Assembly: GCA_012729505.1 (NCBI GenBank)
Contig: JAAYDA010000019.1
Coordinates: 234 to 64,233, forward strand
DNA: 64,000 nt
Source: Syntrophomonadaceae bacterium
Lineage (GTDB): Bacteria > Bacillota > Syntrophomonadia > Syntrophomonadales > DTU052
Direction: 5' to 3'
Of this stretch, positions 51,094 through 60,177 are shown piece by piece. The position numbers were made by a program, and so were the translations under genes. The first letter of the stretch is position 1. Every line of letters starts with the position of its first letter. The notes beneath the pieces were generated by a model. It was given only the letters and a program-made list of their open reading frames with translations. It searched no databases and was not told the origin of the DNA.

Positions 51094-51990
51094 ATGAGGT
51101 CCAAAAAGATTGCCGCCCGGCTTCTAACGTCGATTCTGGCCGCCCTGGTTATTATGGCAGTGTTCGCCGCCCCGTCCCTTGCCGCTGCCTACAGTATCTC
51201 TTTTTCGACTCCCACCATTCAGGTTGCCTCTCCCTCTGTGAACAATACCACTTATGATAAGACCATGTGGGTAGAAGGAACCAGCACCCTGTCCAAAGTA
51301 TGGATTTGTCTGCGGGGACCCAATGGCGAATTAGCCGTCTATCCTGCCGAGGTCAAGAACGGCAGCTTCGGTGAAGAAATATGGCTGCGGTTTGGAACCG
51401 GGAAATATACGGTCTGGGCCGGAGACAATGAAAAGCGTTTTGATGGGAAAATCCGCTTTGAGATTGAGAATTCTTCCCGGGAAGATTACCGCAATCTGGC
51501 CCCATCCGCCCAAGTCAACCCCGAAGATCAATTGATTCAAAAGATAGCGGACAGCATCATAACTGAAAAAATGTCCGATAAGGAGAAGGCTCGGGCTATC
51601 CACGGCTGGGTAACCAACAATATATCCTATGATACCACCGCTTACTTCAGCGGCAATGTTGGATTAAACTCCGCCGCCGATATAATTGCCAGCAAAAAAG
51701 GATTATGCCGGGACTTTTCATTTGTCTATGCTTCCCTGGCCCGCGCCGCCAATATTCCCACCCGGGTCGTTTATGGCGACGCCTGGAACTCCTCTTCCCA
51801 AGCCTACGAAAAACACGCCTGGAACGAATCTTTCATCGATGGTGAATGGATCAATATTGACACCACCTGGGATGCGGGCTATATCAACAGTAAGCAGAAT
51901 TTTGTCCGGGCCGCCGGAGACAAATATTTTAACGCCGATACTATAACCTTCGCCAAGACCCATAAGGTCACATCAGTAACCCTGTTCTAG
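51094..51990 (+). CDS. secreted transglutaminase-like (Cys-His-Asp) protein
   Basis: It has a signal peptide (..VFAAPSLAAA). The transglutaminase core is KKGLCRDFSFVY (Cys), KHAWNE (His) and NIDTTWD (Asp). Confidence 0.8.
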   Translation: MRSKKIAARLLTSILAALVIMAVFAAPSLAAAYSISFSTPTIQVASPSVNNTTYDKTMWVEGTSTLSKVWICLRGPNGELAVYPAEVKNGSFGEEIWLRFGTGKYTVWAGDNEKRFDGKIRFEIENSSREDYRNLAPSAQVNPEDQLIQKIADSIITEKMSDKEKARAIHGWVTNNISYDTTAYFSGNVGLNSAADIIASKKGLCRDFSFVYASLARAANIPTRVVYGDAWNSSSQAYEKHAWNESFIDGEWINIDTTWDAGYINSKQNFVRAAGDKYFNADTITFAKTHKVTSVTLF

Positions 51991-52044
51991 CAAGGAAAAA
52001 ACCGGGCTGCTCACCACAGCCCGGCCTTGATCTCAATTCCCGTA

Positions 52045-53406
52045 TTATTCATTTCTTATGGCTTCCAGAGCACTCAGGTTCATGGCGCGCCGGGCCGGAA
52101 TATAGCCGGAAACAACGCCGATGATGGTGGCAAATATAACTGCAATTATGGCCAGCTCCGGAACTATCACCGACATCTGCCCCACTCCCCCCATGGATTG
52201 CTGACCGTAAATTCTGGCCACTCCCTCATTCAACCCGAATGAGATCAGATAGCTAAGAGCCACCCCCATTAGCCCGCCCCCAAATCCGATCATGGCCGCT
52301 TCCAGCAAAAACATTTTCCTGATATCAGATATATTGGCTCCCAGAACCTTAATAATTCCGATTTCCCTGGTTCTTTCGTAAATGCTCATCATCATGGTAT
52401 TGGCTATGCCTATGGCTGCCACCAAAAGACTTACCGCTCCAATGGCGCCCAAAATGCCCATGATGGTGCGGGATTGTTTTTGCATGGATTCCAGTATCTC
52501 CGTGAGGCTGTGGGCCTGATAACCCATATTTTTAATCTGCTCCTGCACACCTTCTACCTTATCAATATCCAAGGCCTTTACCTTGATAGTCGAATACTTT
52601 TCCTCCTGATTGTTGCGGGTGTTTCTCTGGCCGGTAGCCCGCTGATCCTGTTCGATTATCTCTTCCAGCACCTTAATATTCATATAAGCATTCCAGTCTT
52701 TTTCATCATTGGAACGCACCAGAATACCTACCCCTCTTACCTCATGAGGATCCGGAGCCTTGTAGTCAGAATCCTGAACCGAGCGGCGCGGCTCCCCGTA
52801 ATTGTGATCCGAGCTCATCATAAGCTTGCCGCTTAATAATTTCACCGGCGGCTCCGGTTCCGCTTCCCCTTCTGACATACCTCCGTAGTACATCATCCCC
52901 TCTTGGTCCCGGGAACGGGGATTATAGAAATTGAAAGCCACCTGTTTGCCAAAGACCAGGGCATTCTTATCTGAGGATTGGAGCAAACGGCCTTCTTCTG
53001 CTTCAAAGCCGAAGTTCTCCATAACGTCGGGATTTATACCGACGATGGAAACACCGCCCACCATTCGGCCGGATACCATTTTCATGTAGGTGTTTTTTTC
53101 CGCCATAACCGCTTCAACCCCGGGGATCATCTCGAAAGCCGCCACTGCTGCGTCATCCAGCTTGGCATCCTGCCCTGGCTGGTCGGTGCTGTAGCCATAA
53201 CCTCCGCCGGAGTATACCTGGATAGTATTGAGGCTGCCCATGCTGGCCAGGCTGTCTTTAAAACTCTTCTCCATGGCCAAACCCAAAGAGAGCATTACCA
53301 CAATAGAAGCAGTACCGATAACTACTCCCAAAACGGTAAGAATGGCGCGGGTTTTGCGCCGCATCAAATTGCCGAAGCTCATGGAAATCAGATCAAGATT
53401 ATTCAT
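52045..53406 (-). CDS. MacB/FtsX-type ABC transporter permease
   Basis: It has an N-terminal TM, a large extracytoplasmic domain and a C-terminal FtsX 3-TM bundle (..IGIIKVLGANISDIRKMFLLEA..). Confidence 0.85.
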   Translation of the reverse strand: MNNLDLISMSFGNLMRRKTRAILTVLGVVIGTASIVVMLSLGLAMEKSFKDSLASMGSLNTIQVYSGGGYGYSTDQPGQDAKLDDAAVAAFEMIPGVEAVMAEKNTYMKMVSGRMVGGVSIVGINPDVMENFGFEAEEGRLLQSSDKNALVFGKQVAFNFYNPRSRDQEGMMYYGGMSEGEAEPEPPVKLLSGKLMMSSDHNYGEPRRSVQDSDYKAPDPHEVRGVGILVRSNDEKDWNAYMNIKVLEEIIEQDQRATGQRNTRNNQEEKYSTIKVKALDIDKVEGVQEQIKNMGYQAHSLTEILESMQKQSRTIMGILGAIGAVSLLVAAIGIANTMMMSIYERTREIGIIKVLGANISDIRKMFLLEAAMIGFGGGLMGVALSYLISFGLNEGVARIYGQQSMGGVGQMSVIVPELAIIAVIFATIIGVVSGYIPARRAMNLSALEAIRNE

Positions 53407-55060
53407 CTAAAAACAAGGCCTCTTTTGCTCTCTTCTTTTTGCGATAAATAAAGAACCCTATTGCTGCCAGCAGTATCACCGGCACCGCTGCCATCCACCA
53501 TTTGAAGGACATTTTGCTCTGGCCCTCCATAGGCATGGGCATCTCGTCGGGATTGGGCATAGGCATCGGTTCCCCCACCATCAGCTTAAACTCTTTTTCC
53601 ATCCGGTAATCCTGACCGCCGCCGTCATCGTACTCAAAAACAATTTTCCCCGTTACTTCTCCGGGTTGGTTAGGAATCAAAGTGACATCGTAATAATCAC
53701 TGCCGCCCGAATCCACCGTTCCCAGATACAGTTCACCATCACTGACATCAAAATCGCCAATGGTATGTATTCTCAGATTACGAACCGCGGCCCGTCCGGT
53801 GTTATAAAAGTCAAGGGATATGTGGACAGATTGACCGGCAAAAACCTCCGGCGGGGTTACCGGTTCAGTTATTAACAGCTCCAGGGGCTGCAAAACCGGG
53901 ATGCTTATGATCTCCTGCTCCGTATATTTGTTGCCATCCTCATCCTGAAATTCAATATCGGCGGAAACACTGAAGGTTTGCGATTCCGCACTTTCCTTGG
54001 GCTTAAGGCTGATGGAGGCATCCGCTCTGCCTCCGGCCCCGATTTCCCGGATAAACAGGGTGTTGCCGCTGCCTATCGGCGTAAAGACATTGCCATCAGA
54101 CTTGAGGCTCAGCTTAACATTTTTTACCGCCGTTTGCTCACTGGTATTTATAAGGGATATAGTCAGGGGGAAAGTCTGTCCGGCTACGGTCTGCTCCCCG
54201 CTTCCGTAATTATAGTTACCGATGATAAGTCTGGGGACCAGGTCATCCTGACTTCCTTTGCCTGAAACAGGCAGATATACTTTGGTTTCCTTTTCATATT
54301 CCTGGTTATAATCATCCTTATAGGTCACCTTCAGGTCCAATATATAGGTGCCATCCTTCGTATCCCCATCCACATGAATCCGGAAGGAAGCCGATTTAGT
54401 CTCTTTGCCCTCCATTTGGCCCAGGCTCTGAGCATCTGACCAGTTATCAAGGGTCAGTCCGCTGTTAAAGCCGGCCAGACTGGCCTCCACATCCTTTACC
54501 TTCAGATCTCCCTCGTTGTTAAGGACCAGGGTCACCAGGCTGGTTTTACCCGCCGGCAGACGCTCCCCGGGAAGGCGGACATTCATGAGCTTTACCTGGG
54601 GCTGGCTGAAATCGTTTTCTATTTTTATGTACAGAGTGCTGCTAAACTGTCCCCCGCCTCCATAATCAGAGTCATAGCTGACACTGACATTGACCGGGTA
54701 CACATCCGGCTTGATGTTGGCTGGCACAGTCAAATTAAAACCGGCTACTACCGTTCCGTCGGTTATGGAGGAAATATAACGGGTGAAGGTCATCCTCTCC
54801 GATTCAAAAGGGAACTTATCGTCAACCAGCAGTGATACTTGCAGGTTTTTGGCAGTTCCGGAGGTGGTATTTTCAATAGGCACATTGAGCGATATTTTCT
54901 CACCGGCCTTGAAAACCGGCATCCACCTGTCTCCCGGAATTCTGAGATTTGGCGCTTCAGATGACCCTCGGTCATCCCCATTGGCGGCAAAAACCAGGGA
55001 ACCGCCACATAGCATAATCACCATTAAAAATCCGCACAGTACTAAACGTCCCCATCTCAT
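53399..55060 (-). CDS. secreted beta-sandwich repeat protein (CARDB/COG1361-like) with C-terminal membrane anchor
   Basis: It has a signal peptide and four repeated ~100-aa modules of the pattern 'G....L.V.L.N.G...A.N..V'. A C-terminal TM is followed by KKKRAK. It overlaps the permease gene by 8 nt. Confidence 0.55.
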   Translation of the reverse strand: MRWGRLVLCGFLMVIMLCGGSLVFAANGDDRGSSEAPNLRIPGDRWMPVFKAGEKISLNVPIENTTSGTAKNLQVSLLVDDKFPFESERMTFTRYISSITDGTVVAGFNLTVPANIKPDVYPVNVSVSYDSDYGGGGQFSSTLYIKIENDFSQPQVKLMNVRLPGERLPAGKTSLVTLVLNNEGDLKVKDVEASLAGFNSGLTLDNWSDAQSLGQMEGKETKSASFRIHVDGDTKDGTYILDLKVTYKDDYNQEYEKETKVYLPVSGKGSQDDLVPRLIIGNYNYGSGEQTVAGQTFPLTISLINTSEQTAVKNVKLSLKSDGNVFTPIGSGNTLFIREIGAGGRADASISLKPKESAESQTFSVSADIEFQDEDGNKYTEQEIISIPVLQPLELLITEPVTPPEVFAGQSVHISLDFYNTGRAAVRNLRIHTIGDFDVSDGELYLGTVDSGGSDYYDVTLIPNQPGEVTGKIVFEYDDGGGQDYRMEKEFKLMVGEPMPMPNPDEMPMPMEGQSKMSFKWWMAAVPVILLAAIGFFIYRKKKRAKEALFLDE

Positions 55061-55083
55061 TTTATTCTTCCTCTCTCCCCTGT

Positions 55084-55767
55084 TTATTCTATTCTTTCGA
55101 TAGCTCCGTCCAGGATATGGACAGTCTTGTCCGCTATACGAGCCACATCGCTGTCATGAGTGACGATAACCATAGTCTGCTGATTATCCCGAGCCAATTT
55201 TAAAATCAGCTCTATGATTTCACCAGAGGTTTTGGAGTCCAGGTTGCCGGTAGGTTCATCAGCCAGCATTAACCGGGGCTTGCTGACAAAAGCCCGGGCA
55301 ATTCCGACTCTTTGCTGCTGACCGCCGCTCATCTGGGTCGGCCGGTGATTCAGATGGGTTTTCAACCCGATGGAGGTCAGAATTTTAGCCGCTTCTTTTT
55401 CCCGGACTTGTTTTTTGATTCCGCGAAAGGTCAGGGGCAGACTGACATTTTCCAAAGCGGTAAGGGTAGGCAGGAGGTTATATGATTGGAACACAAATCC
55501 TAAATAACGCTGCCTGAAAAGAACCAGCTGCCGCTCATTCATTTTCTCGATGCTGTTGCCGTTGATTCTGATGGAACCCCGCGTCGGTCTTTCCAACCCG
55601 GCAATGAGGTTAAGGAGGGTAGATTTGCCTGAGCCTGAGGTGCCCAGAATACAGTAAATCTCACCCGTTTGGATGTTGAGTGTAACGTCGTCGAGAGCCA
55701 CGATCTTCTCGTTCCCTACCCGGTATACTTTACGCAGACTCTCGATTTCCACCGCATAATTGTTCAT
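55084..55767 (-). CDS. MacB-type ABC transporter ATP-binding protein
   Basis: It has GTSGSGKST, MSGGQQQRVGIARA and LMLADEPTGNLD. The start was set at MNNYAVEI behind RBS GGAAGG. Confidence 0.9.
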   Translation of the reverse strand: MNNYAVEIESLRKVYRVGNEKIVALDDVTLNIQTGEIYCILGTSGSGKSTLLNLIAGLERPTRGSIRINGNSIEKMNERQLVLFRQRYLGFVFQSYNLLPTLTALENVSLPLTFRGIKKQVREKEAAKILTSIGLKTHLNHRPTQMSGGQQQRVGIARAFVSKPRLMLADEPTGNLDSKTSGEIIELILKLARDNQQTMVIVTHDSDVARIADKTVHILDGAIERIE

Positions 55768-55829
55768 AATACCTTCCGAATATACGTGCTCATTACTAAA
55801 TTGTACCATAAAATATGTAGATTGGATAA

Positions 55830-55950
55830 AAAAAGTGAGAAGTGAGGGCAGCGGGAGCCAAATCTCTCTAAGGAGATTTGTGCTCCCCGCTTGGTTCGAC
55901 GTGGAGCGTCGAACTTCCTTATATTAATGTTACCGAAAACGGGGGGAAGG
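55830..55950 (-). repeat. mosaic structured repeat (M1 in reverse orientation plus flanking modules)
   Basis: Plus 55848-55920 is the reverse complement of M1 (..GGGAGCCAAATCTCTCTAAGGAGATTTGTGCTCC..GGTTCGACGTGGAGCGTCGAACTTCCTTA). CCGAAAACGGGGGGAAGGG follows it. Confidence 0.85.
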
Positions 55951-56002
55951 GAATGATGAAGTAAAAACACAGGACGACTATTTGATTTTATAAAAGGTCG
56001 TA

Positions 56003-57109
56003 CTACTTCCAAATACCAACAGGAGCTTTATTCAATAAGGATTTCCAAATCCGAGTTTTGGACGGCGGTGCACCGATTTTTACAATGTCGATAAAACCTT
56101 CATGGGCAGATGCATTCCCGGAACTGGTAACAGGTCCTGAAAACAAATCTGCTTTTTCTAATTCAATAATTGAATCATCGTCATTAGAAATTTTATCACC
56201 ATAGCCGAAAGACAAAATATTGACTTCGTCCAATTGCTCGGATAGGTATTGCGAAAGAATTAACCCTGTTGACTTCGATATATAGTCTGCCAATACATCT
56301 TGAACCAGCCATATAGTTTTGCCGCCCCAAGCCATTCCAGCTTGTGATTTTACAATAAGTTGGCTTACCATTCTCGCCCAAACTTGACGATAGTTTATGC
56401 CCGGAGCATTATGTTCTGCGCCCTTCAGTATTGCGTCCTCGCAAGCCATAGCAATTTGACTGCGGTTTTTCTTGTTTCCACCCGAAGTGCTTGATGTCAT
56501 AACCTCGATAATTATCAGCGGGTCAGACGGAAAATCGTCAATCCATATTTCGGAATCGCGGAAAGCAAGGGTATACCCATTTTTTGTCGCTGTGCGTTTT
56601 ACAACAGCTAATGGTAACCCCACAAGTTCCGCAACATCGCTCAATCTCTTGCGTTGCACACCTGCAAGCACATAGTCAAAAGTATAATCAAACCACTTCG
56701 CTTCGTCCTCGCTATTAGTCAATTCAGTCTTTATTTTTACTTCCGACCATGCGAAATATTTTTCTCCCTTTTCTAATTCGGAAAAACCGGATAATTGATT
56801 GCGCACATGGGATTGATAATTGGAGAGTTCGCCGTTCTTAAGCGACAGCAAACGGCGTGGGCAAATAATCCACGGCTGCTCACCATAGTGCGTTTGCAAA
56901 GAGCACACACCAATTTGAACAGTATCTTTATTGGGAATTCGTGCGCTCAATTCAGGATTTTTCTTTAGATCAATGGCAGACTGAAAGCGATTACCGCCGC
57001 CATCACATTCAGCGTTCATGAATGGACACCATGCCATACTTAGATTCTGCTCTGCTTCTTTATTCCATCGGTCAAGTCTGTATCCATACAATTCAAATAT
57101 TTTGCTCAC
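56003..57109 (-). CDS. type II restriction endonuclease, NotI-like family
   Basis: The N-terminal WCPFMNAEC..(40 aa)..GVCSL....PWIICPRR mirrors the NotI Cys4 metal motif (CPF..C...GVC...W.CP.R). LIIIEVMTSSTSGG resembles the NotI VLEIQTMDFHG catalytic region. It overlaps the methylase gene by 17 nt. Confidence 0.55.
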   Translation of the reverse strand: MSKIFELYGYRLDRWNKEAEQNLSMAWCPFMNAECDGGGNRFQSAIDLKKNPELSARIPNKDTVQIGVCSLQTHYGEQPWIICPRRLLSLKNGELSNYQSHVRNQLSGFSELEKGEKYFAWSEVKIKTELTNSEDEAKWFDYTFDYVLAGVQRKRLSDVAELVGLPLAVVKRTATKNGYTLAFRDSEIWIDDFPSDPLIIIEVMTSSTSGGNKKNRSQIAMACEDAILKGAEHNAPGINYRQVWARMVSQLIVKSQAGMAWGGKTIWLVQDVLADYISKSTGLILSQYLSEQLDEVNILSFGYGDKISNDDDSIIELEKADLFSGPVTSSGNASAHEGFIDIVKIGAPPSKTRIWKSLLNKAPVGIWK

Positions 57110-58208
57110 TTAAATACCTCCGGATTTCGTTTCCCATAGCATACGCTAATGGTGGCGGAACAGAGTTGGCAACCTGACGATGCTGGTCGAGATTTTTTAC
57201 TGTTCCAGTTCGCGAGCGAATAGGGCCGCATAACATGTAGTCGTCTCCATAACCATGTATTCGCATATACTCTCGTGGCGTTAGATATCTATCTTCTGTG
57301 GGATGATAAAATATCTCTCCACATCTCAACGTATTTGAAGGCTTTTTTCTATCAAGCCTTAAATACTTAGTTGTATCTTTCTTTTGTAGGTTACATCGCA
57401 AATCCACGCTTAAATGCTTTTGTGCAGCCAAATAGGAGCCTTCTGGCACTTGCGCAATACGCTCCCTGTCTCTGGGAGGCGTAACATCAACATGACCGTC
57501 AGCACGGTTATAAATTGTCGTGCCAGGTATTTTGGCATCGGGTTGTCCGAGTCCATTTATTACATCACCAACTGTGAAGTAAGGTGGTAATCCAAATAAA
57601 TTTGGTGTCTCCTCTGGCGGAACATGTGTTCTTGCAGGAAATTCAAAACCATTTTTACCTCGTGTGGCAACAACAAAGACCCTTTCCCTCATTTGAGGAA
57701 CACCGTAATCGGCAGCACAGCAAACTTGCCACTTGGGGATATAATCAATGCTTTCAAGCGCCGCAATAAATTGTTCAAATACGCCGCCTTTCTTCCCATC
57801 CTCGTCTTTTGCGGATAGTATTCCTTTTACTTGTTCAAGCAGAATAACTTTCGGTTTAAAATACTCCGCAAATCTAACTATTTCAAATAACAATGGGCCT
57901 CTTGTATCATTAAGCCCATTTTGCTTTCCAGCTAACGAAAATGGTTGACATGGCGGCCCGCCAAAAAGCAAATCTAAAGGCAATGGTTCAACACCTAAAT
58001 CTGCGCCTAATTGAGCAGGATCTACTTTTCTAATATCTGTTTCAAACACCACAGTATTAGTGCGTTCCCGCTTAATCGCAGCACGAAGTGTTTCACAACA
58101 ATATTTATCTATTTCAAGTTCTGCAAGAATATTGAATCCAGCCTGTCTAATCCCAATATCCATCCCGCCGGCACCAGAAAACAAGCTGATTGCATTTAGG
58201 TTATTCAT
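57093..58208 (-). CDS. DNA (cytosine-5)-methyltransferase
   Basis: It has motif I LFSGAGG, motif IV GGPPCQPFS, motif VI LLEQVKG, motif VIII QMRERVFVV and motif X NSVPPPLA. The start was set at MNNLNAIS behind RBS GGAGG. Confidence 0.9.
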   Translation of the reverse strand: MNNLNAISLFSGAGGMDIGIRQAGFNILAELEIDKYCCETLRAAIKRERTNTVVFETDIRKVDPAQLGADLGVEPLPLDLLFGGPPCQPFSLAGKQNGLNDTRGPLLFEIVRFAEYFKPKVILLEQVKGILSAKDEDGKKGGVFEQFIAALESIDYIPKWQVCCAADYGVPQMRERVFVVATRGKNGFEFPARTHVPPEETPNLFGLPPYFTVGDVINGLGQPDAKIPGTTIYNRADGHVDVTPPRDRERIAQVPEGSYLAAQKHLSVDLRCNLQKKDTTKYLRLDRKKPSNTLRCGEIFYHPTEDRYLTPREYMRIHGYGDDYMLCGPIRSRTGTVKNLDQHRQVANSVPPPLAYAMGNEIRRYLSEQNI

Positions 58209-58384
58209 CGGTATTACCTCCATAGGGTTTTACGGCAATATTGATGCCATTAAATTCTGAGTCACTTGTTACTGTGACAATATCCTTTATTGATAAATTT
58301 GACATAAAACAATCTTTTCCTTTTGGATTTTTCCGCAAAGAGCACAAAAAAGCCTTCGCCCTTAAGCCCTTTGGGATTCTCAAT

Positions 58385-58575
58385 TTTGCCGTAACATTTC
58401 GCTGCCGAAAACGGGGGAAAGAGGACGCAGATATAAAAAGTGAGGCGGGAGGCGGGAGGCGGGAGGAGAAAGGCGAACAGCACGGAGTTAGTTCCGACGC
58501 AGGCAGGCGGGAGCCAAATCTTTTTAAGAGATTTGTGCTCCTCGCTTGCCTCACACCTCACTTCTTAACACACTC
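58385..58575 (-). repeat. mosaic structured repeat (partial M1 lacking hairpin 1, plus G-rich GGGAGGC units)
   Basis: CCGAAAACGGGGGAAAGAGGACGCAGAT..GTGAGGCGGGAGGCGGGAGGCGGGAGG..GTTAGTTCCGACGCAGGCAGGCGGGAGCCAAATCTTTTTAAGAGATTTGTGCTCCTCGCTTGCCTCACACCTCAC. Confidence 0.8.
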
Positions 58576-58578
58576 CCA

Positions 58579-59328
58579 TCAGCCATAAAGACCCGAAACA
58601 AAGCCGCGGGTTCTTTCATCGGCAGGTGAACTGAATATTTCTGAGGTGAGGCCCTTTTCCACTAAGCTGCCATCCAGTAAAAAAACAGTTTCCCCCGCAA
58701 TCCGCCGGGCCTGATAAAGATTGTGGGTAACGATTATGATGGACAGTTCCGCCGCCAGCTTCTGGAGCAGTTCTTCGATCAGACCGGTGGAAGCCGGATC
58801 CAGGCTGGAACAGGGTTCATCCAGCAGGAGAACCTGTGGCTCTATGGCCAAAACCCGGGCCATGGCCAGCCGCTGCTTCTGCCCCCCCGAAAGTTTATCG
58901 GCCGGCCGGTTAAGCCGATCCTTTACTTCTTCCCAGAGAGCCACTCGGGTCAGTTGTTTTTCCACAATGCTGTCCAGCCGGGAGCGTCCTTTTTCTCCAT
59001 AGTACCGGGGGCCAAACAGGACGTTTTCCCTGATGCTCAGCGGCAGCACCGCCGGAGTCTGGTAGACCATTCCCACCTGACGCCTTACGGCGGAGACATC
59101 CTTCACCTGATATATGGAGTTATCAAACACCTGTATATCTCCTTGGGACTTGAAGCCGCTTTCCAGCTCAGCGGTACGATTTATGCTCCGCAATAACGTG
59201 GTTTTCCCACAGCCGGAGGGCCCGATAACAGCAGTAATAGAATTATTCCGAAAAGAAAGATCGATGTTATGTAATATCTCTCCCTTTCCATACCAGGTGC
59301 TGAATTCCTTGATCTCTACAGCATTCAT
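58579..59328 (-). CDS. pstB: phosphate ABC transporter ATP-binding protein
   Basis: It has GPSGCGKTT, LSGGQKQRLAMARV and LLLDEP. It is last in a pstSCAB-ordered operon. Confidence 0.9.
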   Translation of the reverse strand: MNAVEIKEFSTWYGKGEILHNIDLSFRNNSITAVIGPSGCGKTTLLRSINRTAELESGFKSQGDIQVFDNSIYQVKDVSAVRRQVGMVYQTPAVLPLSIRENVLFGPRYYGEKGRSRLDSIVEKQLTRVALWEEVKDRLNRPADKLSGGQKQRLAMARVLAIEPQVLLLDEPCSSLDPASTGLIEELLQKLAAELSIIIVTHNLYQARRIAGETVFLLDGSLVEKGLTSEIFSSPADERTRGFVSGLYG

Positions 59329-60173
59329 CGTGTATTAGTCCTTTCCTGGATGTGTTGCAGCCACAAGGCCAGAGCATTGACAAAGACCAGCATAGCCACC
59401 AGAACAAGTGCGGTTCCATAAGCATTATCCAAAGACATATGCTCGTTAAAAAGAATATACAGGTGATAAGGCAGAGCCATGACCGGCTCCAGCAAAACTC
59501 CGGATGAACCGGCAATAATGGCTGCAGCGGTAACCATAATAGGCGCCGTAGCCCCGGCGGCATAACCTAAGGCCAGCAGAATTCCGGCCAGTATTCCCGG
59601 AGCAGCCCGGGGCAGTATTAACCTGCGGAGAGTATAAGTATCTGCCACTCCCATTGATCTTCCCGCTAATCGATATTCATTGCTGACAGCCCTGAGCGCA
59701 TCCCGGCTGAAGATTACGATAACCGGAAAAATCATTATACTCAAGGCCACTCCTCCGGCCAAAAGAGATATTCCCCAGCGGAGCTCTACTACACACAAGG
59801 CATACACAAACAAGCCTATTACAATAGAGGGCAGGCCCATCATGCTTTGAATTAAAAGGTTTATAGACCGGGCCAGCGATGAATAGCCTCCGTATTCACT
59901 CAGGTAAATGGCGGTGATCAGGCCGGGAATGGCTGCAAAGATCAGGGCCAGCAATACCAGCCGCAGAGTTCCTATTATGGCCGGCCAGATCCCCCCTTCA
60001 CTGCCCAGAGGATAACCGGCGGGACTGCCAAAAATGAATTCCATGCTTATTGAAGGTCCGCCTCGCCAGATTATATACATGAGTATTGCGGCCAGGACCA
60101 GCAGAACAAATAAACCTGAAGCCCAGAAAAAGCCGGTGAGAATATAATCCGAAACTATGCGTTTTTTCAACAA
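59325..60173 (-). CDS. pstA: phosphate ABC transporter permease PstA
   Basis: It is a six-TM permease with the EAA-like loop (..LAGRSMGVADTYTLRRLILP..). It overlaps pstB by 4 nt. Confidence 0.85.
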   Translation of the reverse strand: MLKKRIVSDYILTGFFWASGLFVLLVLAAILMYIIWRGGPSISMEFIFGSPAGYPLGSEGGIWPAIIGTLRLVLLALIFAAIPGLITAIYLSEYGGYSSLARSINLLIQSMMGLPSIVIGLFVYALCVVELRWGISLLAGGVALSIMIFPVIVIFSRDALRAVSNEYRLAGRSMGVADTYTLRRLILPRAAPGILAGILLALGYAAGATAPIMVTAAAIIAGSSGVLLEPVMALPYHLYILFNEHMSLDNAYGTALVLVAMLVFVNALALWLQHIQERTNTR

Positions 60174-60177
60174 TCAT

